This document shows positions 56,518 through 61,929 of a stretch of DNA of 61,929 bases, piece after piece. Made by a program: the position numbers and the translations under genes. The stretch is from Polyangiales bacterium. GTDB taxonomy: Bacteria; Myxococcota_A; Polyangia; Polyangiales; Houyiibacteriaceae. A model generated the notes under the pieces. The model was given only the letters and a program-made list of their open reading frames with translations, was not told the DNA's origin and did no database searches. Where the stretch lies: NCBI GenBank assembly GCA_045106895.1, contig JBGCFM010000042.1:1-61929 (forward strand), written 5' to 3'. Numbering within the stretch: the stretch's first letter is position 1; the number at the start of each line of letters is the position of its first letter.

Positions 56518-59000
56518 AGCGCCTCCTCTCGATTTCTCTCTTCCTCGTCAGCGCCAGCTGCGCTGCTCCTCTTCCAGACGACCCCGGCGCAACCCTCGAC
56601 GACGCCTCTACGACGCAGGTCGCACGCATTACGCGCGACGGACGCACAACGGCCATTCGAGGGACCATACCCACCGGCGAGAGCGACCCCCGCCGTGCCG
56701 CGGACAGCTTCCTCGCGGACCACTCCGCGGCCATCGGCGTCGAAGATCCCGCGCGCGACCTATCGCACCGCGAATCGCAAGTGCACCCGACGACGAGCGC
56801 CGACCCGGACGCCGCAGAAGAGGTCGTGGTCGTCTACGATGGGCAACAAGACGGGCATCGCGTCTACGGCTCTGAGGTGCGTGTCATCGTTCGCGACGGC
56901 GAAGTCGTCTACGCCGGCGGGAGCACCAGCGAAGACACCAGTTCTCTCGGGAGCCCCAGCATCAGCGCAGACGACGCCTTCGATTCCAACCGCACAGAAG
57001 AGCCTGCCTCGGGAGAGTGGAACCTTCGCGAGAGCGAGCTCGTCGCCTTCAACTTGGGCATCTTCATTCATCGCCCAACGCTGAGCACGCTCGCCTGGCT
57101 CCTCGACGTCGAAACCGCCGAAGGCTCGTGGCGTGTATTCGTCGACGCCAGGACCGGGGAAGAGCTCATTCGCATCTCCGGTCTCCACGCCGCCTACGCA
57201 TCCAATGTCTACGCGATGACCGGCACCCCCATCGACCTGAGACCGGGGAGCTTTCGAAACGGGCGGCTTACGTACACGAACGGCGCCCTCGTCTCCGGAG
57301 CCACCAGTACGCCAGCGACGCGCGATGCCTCGGGTTTCGTCGAAGCCGCATACGACTACTTCCACGATACCCACGGCCGCGATAGCTACGACGCGGCGGG
57401 CGGAACGATCAACGTCCACGTGGATGCTTCTTTCTCCAACGCCGTTTGGTCACCCGATATGCAACGGCTTATCTTCGGTAGCCGTTGGCTCTCGGACGAC
57501 ATCCTGGCCCATGAGTTCACCCACGGCGTCATCCAGTATGCAGCCGGCATCGAGTACCTCTTCGAATCTGGGTCCCTCAACGAGTCCATCGCGGACCTCT
57601 TCGGAGAGTTTGCCACGGGCTCGTCCGGGTGGCTGCTCGCCGAAGGCAGCGCGCGCGGAACGCTCCGCAGCTTCCGCTCACCTCGTGACTACGGACAACC
57701 CGACCACTACAGGAGCCGCCAGGCTTCGGGTTCTTTTGATGCGTGCGATGCGGCGACCCCCTGCCCCACCAGGGAGCGCTGCGTCACAAACATCTGCGTA
57801 AACAATGACCTAAACCAGGTTCACACCAACTCCGGCATCTCGAACCACGCGCTCTATCTTATGAGCGATGGTGGCAGCGCCTCAGGAGTCGAAGTCGAAG
57901 GCATGGGCCGCTCGAAACTCGAGCACCTCGTGTACCGAACGCTCGCCACGTCCCTCGGCCAAGCCAGCGACTTCACGCACTTTCGTTTTGGTCTGCGGAA
58001 CACCGCGATGTGCTTTGTCGAGAACGGCGAATACGCGTTCACTTACGAAAACTGCGGCTCTGTACTCAACGCCATGGCCGCCGTTGGTGTGGGCACGGCG
58101 GACGGAGACTCGGACTGCTACGACGATGACGTCGACAACTGCCCCTGCGTCTACAACCCGGACCAAGACCCTGCGGCTTGCGCCGGCGACGACGCGTGCG
58201 CTCCCCAGTGCGATCGTATCGCGGAGTGTGGCGCATGCAGCGACCAAGAGGGATGCGGCTGGTGCGATGGTTCATGCACCTCGAACGAAACGGAGTGCGC
58301 CGAGAGCTGCGAGGTGGACGCCTGCGAAGCGCACGACAGCTGCTTGGATTGCGCCGAGGCGGACGGCTGCGGCTGGTGCGGAGACTCCTGTCAGTCCGAC
58401 GCGACGGCCTGCCTCAACGACGAAGGACGCGAGATCCCCTACACGCATCAGAACCTCTGTTGTGCGGCGGCCACGGCGTGCGGCGACTGCCTCGCCGAAG
58501 GCTGCTCTTGGTGTGGCCACTGTACCTACAACACAGACGCTTGCTTCAGCGAAGTGGTGACGATGTGCGAACCTGAACTCGACTGCGAATCGCCTTCCAC
58601 TTGCGCAACGTGCGCCGCCACCGAGGGCTGCGGCTGGGGCGAGAGCGGATGCACCGTCGCGACGGCCATCGGCAACATCGGCGGCCGGCTCACCACCGAC
58701 CCAAATGAGTGCGACTCAAGCGACCCGTGCAGCGCAGGCACGGACTGCGAGATGTGCGCGCAGACCCCCGGATGTGGCTGGGGCGCTGAAGGCTGCATCA
58801 CGGCAACGCCGGGCACGCCCGATGTAGTGACCCGCGCCGCCGAGTGCGTCGACTGCTCGGGGCTGATGCGATGCACACCCTGTGCATCCAATGGGTTTTG
58901 TGAGTGGTGCCCCGGCGACGGCTGTCACAACACCTACGAAGGTGCCTGCGACGCACCGACGCCGGTCCTCGCATGCGCCATTGAAGAGCTCCCGGACTGA
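56514..59000 (+). CDS. M4 (thermolysin-like) metalloprotease lipoprotein with TSP3-like and CGWC Cys-rich repeats
   Basis: SASC lipobox, FTP/PepSY-like propeptide, NAVW, HEFTH, GSLNESIAD, VHTNSG, then DNCPCVYNPDQ and six C(G/S/E)W repeats. Confidence 0.9.
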   Translation: MKRLLSISLFLVSASCAAPLPDDPGATLDDASTTQVARITRDGRTTAIRGTIPTGESDPRRAADSFLADHSAAIGVEDPARDLSHRESQVHPTTSADPDAAEEVVVVYDGQQDGHRVYGSEVRVIVRDGEVVYAGGSTSEDTSSLGSPSISADDAFDSNRTEEPASGEWNLRESELVAFNLGIFIHRPTLSTLAWLLDVETAEGSWRVFVDARTGEELIRISGLHAAYASNVYAMTGTPIDLRPGSFRNGRLTYTNGALVSGATSTPATRDASGFVEAAYDYFHDTHGRDSYDAAGGTINVHVDASFSNAVWSPDMQRLIFGSRWLSDDILAHEFTHGVIQYAAGIEYLFESGSLNESIADLFGEFATGSSGWLLAEGSARGTLRSFRSPRDYGQPDHYRSRQASGSFDACDAATPCPTRERCVTNICVNNDLNQVHTNSGISNHALYLMSDGGSASGVEVEGMGRSKLEHLVYRTLATSLGQASDFTHFRFGLRNTAMCFVENGEYAFTYENCGSVLNAMAAVGVGTADGDSDCYDDDVDNCPCVYNPDQDPAACAGDDACAPQCDRIAECGACSDQEGCGWCDGSCTSNETECAESCEVDACEAHDSCLDCAEADGCGWCGDSCQSDATACLNDEGREIPYTHQNLCCAAATACGDCLAEGCSWCGHCTYNTDACFSEVVTMCEPELDCESPSTCATCAATEGCGWGESGCTVATAIGNIGGRLTTDPNECDSSDPCSAGTDCEMCAQTPGCGWGAEGCITATPGTPDVVTRAAECVDCSGLMRCTPCASNGFCEWCPGDGCHNTYEGACDAPTPVLACAIEELPD

Positions 59001-59037
59001 GCGAACGCGGGCGGGCGGGCGGAGAGGTCCGCGCCGC

Positions 59038-59457
59038 CTACGTCGCCCGGAGGATACGGACGAGGAGCGTCACCGCCGACGTGATCATCGCCAGCGCGAA
59101 GACGAGAGCCATGGTTTTGCCCGCCGGCCCGACGCACCACTCGGCGTCAAGTACGCGGGCAGGCGGCAAAGGGTCGGAAAAGCCGCTGCGCTCCTCAAGC
59201 TCTGCACGGCGACGCTGCATCTCTTTGATCGCCATGCCTCCGGACAGCTTCTCATACAGCCGCCCTCCACGAAGGACGCCCCCCGGCTTTGGCAGTGACA
59301 CGCCTTCGACTCCGGCGTCGATGAGGGCTCGCTCCGCCTCGGCGATGATGTTCGCGTTGATGGAACGCGGGGACTGATTCATCCCCGTCAATCCTCGCAG
59401 CACAAGAATAGCGTCCCCGAGGGCCTGGTAATGTTGTGCGTCTTCTTCGCTGGCCAC
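59038..59457 (-). CDS. Hypothetical protein with C-terminal transmembrane helix
   Basis: GGAG RBS, GTG start, C-terminal hydrophobic segment. Confidence 0.6.
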   Translation of the reverse strand: MASEEDAQHYQALGDAILVLRGLTGMNQSPRSINANIIAEAERALIDAGVEGVSLPKPGGVLRGGRLYEKLSGGMAIKEMQRRRAELEERSGFSDPLPPARVLDAEWCVGPAGKTMALVFALAMITSAVTLLVRILRAT

Positions 59458-59466
59458 TTCCGACTC

Positions 59467-59981
59467 CTACCCACGCTCTGCGAAGTGAAATCGCTTCGTC
59501 TGTTTCAAGGTCCGCCACTCGGGGCGCTCGGCAAAGAAGCGCCGAATCTGCGGAATGTGTTTGGCGCCATCTGCGATGAGCACCGTCGCTTTTTCCGTGC
59601 GTGCCGGCACGCGTTCAAGAGAGCGAGTTCACGCTCCTCATCACTCAAGAGCAGATGCAGAACGCGGTCGAGGACCACGACGTCGAAGCGGCGACGCGTC
59701 CGAAAGCTCACAACGTCCGCGCAGGAGAGTTCCACGGGAAGGTTCTGTGCTTGAACCTCGTCCCGAAGCTGCGCCAAGCCCACCTCCGAGAGGTCCACAC
59801 CCAACACGTCAAAGCCGCCGCGCGCCGCAAGCAGACTGTCACGCCCCTGACCGCAGCCTAGGTCCAGGAGCGTCGCTCCATTCTTCGTGGTCTCAAGAAA
59901 CAGAGCGAGTTCCGGAAAGACATCCCCGCACTGATTCGGGCCTTTGCGGTAGTGCTGATCGTAGTCGACGAGGCTGCCCAT
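59467..59981 (-). pseudogene. Class I SAM-dependent methyltransferase (TehB-like) with apparent frameshift
   Basis: LDLGCGQGRD and GVDLS motifs. After the A5 run at 59590-59594 the -1 frame reads ATVLIADGAKHIPQIRRFFAERPEWRTLKQTKRFHFAERG*, ending at 59467. Confidence 0.7.
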
Positions 59982-60314
59982 TCACCTTGATACCAAGGAG
60001 CCCTTGCGACCGAAAGGAAACCCTTGGCCAAATGGCCGGGACCGCAGACCGCGCTGCGCGATGATGCCCTGTGAAGAGCGTACGAACCCGGTGATCGCCG
60101 GACGTCAGCTCCACCACGAACGGACGTACAAGCCACGCCCCCTCACATTCCGGCGCTCCGACGACCGCGACGGGCGAGAAACTTGTCCCCTCGCAGGCGA
60201 CCATGACAGCGCACAAAGACACCACGGCCACGCAGGCGAAGAAACGATTCCTTTGCGAGCACCCCATTCCAACAAACTGGCTGAGGTGAGACCATTCAAG
60301 AACAAACAGGGCCG

Positions 60315-61929
60315 TCACGTGATGTGTTCGAGCTCGCGAACCAGCTCCGAAAACGCGATGGGCTCCACGGCGGCAAAGCTGTCTACGCCCGAGAGATTCA
60401 CGGACTCGATGGTCTGGTCTTCAAACTCATCGCCGGCGGGCGAGTACCCCGGCTCAAAGCCCAGTGACACACTTCCGCCCCCGATCAGCTCCATCGAGTA
60501 CGTCGTGATCCAAGAGTCGGCCCAGGCCCGCCAGCGTCCCTTCGTCAGCGCGCGAAGGGCGCCGTAGCGTACGTTTTTGCCGACGACGCGTTCCAACGTA
60601 TCGGCCTTCTTCTCGGTGGCGCTAGGTGCAAAGGTCATGCGCCCGAGCTGGTCGAAGGGCTGCAGGATCTCGTAGTCGGCGAAGATGCTGGACCACTTGT
60701 CGATATCTCCTTGAATCTGAAGTGGGTGCGCGATTCGAACGCCCTTGGCCTTCAGGCTGTACGCGTCGTCATTTGAATCCGCAAAGCTCCCATCTTCGCC
60801 GACGCGAAAGCTCGCGGTGATGTCGCCCTTTTTGTCAACGGCGCACCACACCAGCCGCTTCGTCAAGTTCGACATCCACGGGTGGTTGACGAAGTGCTCC
60901 TCGAAGACGTCGCCCTCGATCGTACGCTGCTCGATCATCGCAAACTCGAGACGACTAAGCTGCACGCTCGCGCTCGCTTTTGCGTCCTTCTTGAGGCCGG
61001 AGAAGCGGGCTTTGGCTGCCTTTGCAAGGGCCGAGCCGTCGGGCTTATTTGGCTTTGGAAGCCTCTTGAGCTTCTTTCCCGAGTCGTCGTGGAGCACCGG
61101 GCGTAGCTGTTCGTCGAAGGACACCACGAAGTGTCGTGGACCAAAGTCGAGTTTCGCGCCTCCCTCCTCTTCGAGTGAGAGCGTGGGGACCAAGCGGTCT
61201 TGTAGCGCCGCCCGTGTAAGGCCGCGCTTCTGCGCGATGAGCCCAATTCGCTCCGCCGCCGCAGCCTTGAACGCTGGGTACTTCGACTTCTCTGCGAGGA
61301 GATTCATGTTCACCAGCGCAACTTCGCTTCCGATGGCCAAGAGCACATCAAGCGCCGCTTGGGCGCGCGCGCTCGCGTTCTGCCCAGGCCAATCCTTGGC
61401 CAAACGGCAGATGTTCCGCGCCGTCTCATCGTCGCCCATGAAGCCAAGCGCCTGCATGGCCCAGCCTTGCTTGCTCGGTGCTTTGTTGGACAGCCACGCC
61501 TCGAAGAGCGCCCACGAGAACGTTTTCATCGACTCGGGTGTGAGGGTGCTTCGGAGCGCGAGAACCGCTGGGTGAACTTCGTCCACGTTGGAGACGGCGA
61601 GGCGCACGAGGATGTGCTCCACCTCCTCCGCACTTAGCGTTCCGCCGGCGATTCGCTCAAGCGCGGGCAACGACGCCGCGTCTGCGAACGCGGGCAGCTT
61701 TGGGATCTTCGCTTTCGGAAGAGTCAGCGGGTCGACATCGAGGAGAGCCATTACCGCGGCCTCTTCGCCGATGCCTTTCGCGTCCTTGAGCAGCTCTTCG
61801 CGGAAGCCCTGCCCCGCCAAGTAGCGCAGAACACGTTCGCCGGCACTTCGCTCTGTTTTCTCTTCTTTGGAGGGCTTCTTCTTGCCCACGTTCGCGAGGG
61901 CCATGGTGATCGCCGCGGCCCACGCGCAG
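60315..61929 (-). CDS. DUF4132-domain protein (5' end probably beyond window)
   Basis: LQDRLVPTL.L...G...LDFGPR.F, RLE.AM...R, HP....L..RLVW, IAHPL, QPFDQLGR, FSELVR; frame open to the window edge. Confidence 0.82.
   Translation of the reverse strand, partial: CAWAAAITMALANVGKKKPSKEEKTERSAGERVLRYLAGQGFREELLKDAKGIGEEAAVMALLDVDPLTLPKAKIPKLPAFADAASLPALERIAGGTLSAEEVEHILVRLAVSNVDEVHPAVLALRSTLTPESMKTFSWALFEAWLSNKAPSKQGWAMQALGFMGDDETARNICRLAKDWPGQNASARAQAALDVLLAIGSEVALVNMNLLAEKSKYPAFKAAAAERIGLIAQKRGLTRAALQDRLVPTLSLEEEGGAKLDFGPRHFVVSFDEQLRPVLHDDSGKKLKRLPKPNKPDGSALAKAAKARFSGLKKDAKASASVQLSRLEFAMIEQRTIEGDVFEEHFVNHPWMSNLTKRLVWCAVDKKGDITASFRVGEDGSFADSNDDAYSLKAKGVRIAHPLQIQGDIDKWSSIFADYEILQPFDQLGRMTFAPSATEKKADTLERVVGKNVRYGALRALTKGRWRAWADSWITTYSMELIGGGSVSLGFEPGYSPAGDEFEDQTIESVNLSGVDSFAAVEPIAFSELVRELEHIT

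Noticed and set aside
59893..60318. 141-aa minus-strand ORF with a lipobox-like VAC
   Set aside because: It overlaps the methyltransferase by about 90 nt and has no recognisable domain; support is too weak, though a short exported peptide cannot be excluded.
1..61929. tRNA, rRNA, integrase, transposase, prophage or defence-system genes
   Set aside because: No matching motifs were recognised by eye; tRNAscan-SE, Infernal and DefenseFinder runs would be needed to exclude them formally.

Overview
GC-rich bacterial chromosomal window with no sign of phage, IS elements, CRISPR arrays, rRNA or tRNA. Gene content (cdnL, Myxococcus-type PilZ, FHA-DUF4388, many Cys-rich lipoproteins with Asp-Ala-Gly linkers) suggests Myxococcota, probably Polyangiales; this placement is an inference. 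Housekeeping genes include rpsB-tsf-pyrH-frr (interrupted by two tandem ppk2 genes), rng, cdnL, ahpC/ahpD, a stand-alone Cys-less rpsD, gpmI, sspB, clpP and bolA-grxD. They are interspersed with many exported enzymes and surface proteins (M1, M4, M23, papain-like and Omp85-fused peptidases, VWA, FG-GAP, IgGFc-binding, DUF1996). The best leads are: an 80-aa stand-alone protein colinear with the GyrA/ParC N-terminal helix-turn-helix region; an orphan Flp pilin translationally coupled to a Cys-rich thermolysin-like lipoprotein behind a sigma54-like promoter; tandem PPK2 genes inside the translation operon; and a recurring leaderless-mRNA signature (a -10 box 6-7 nt before the start codon) at more than a dozen genes. 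All family calls come from motif recognition by eye, with no database search.
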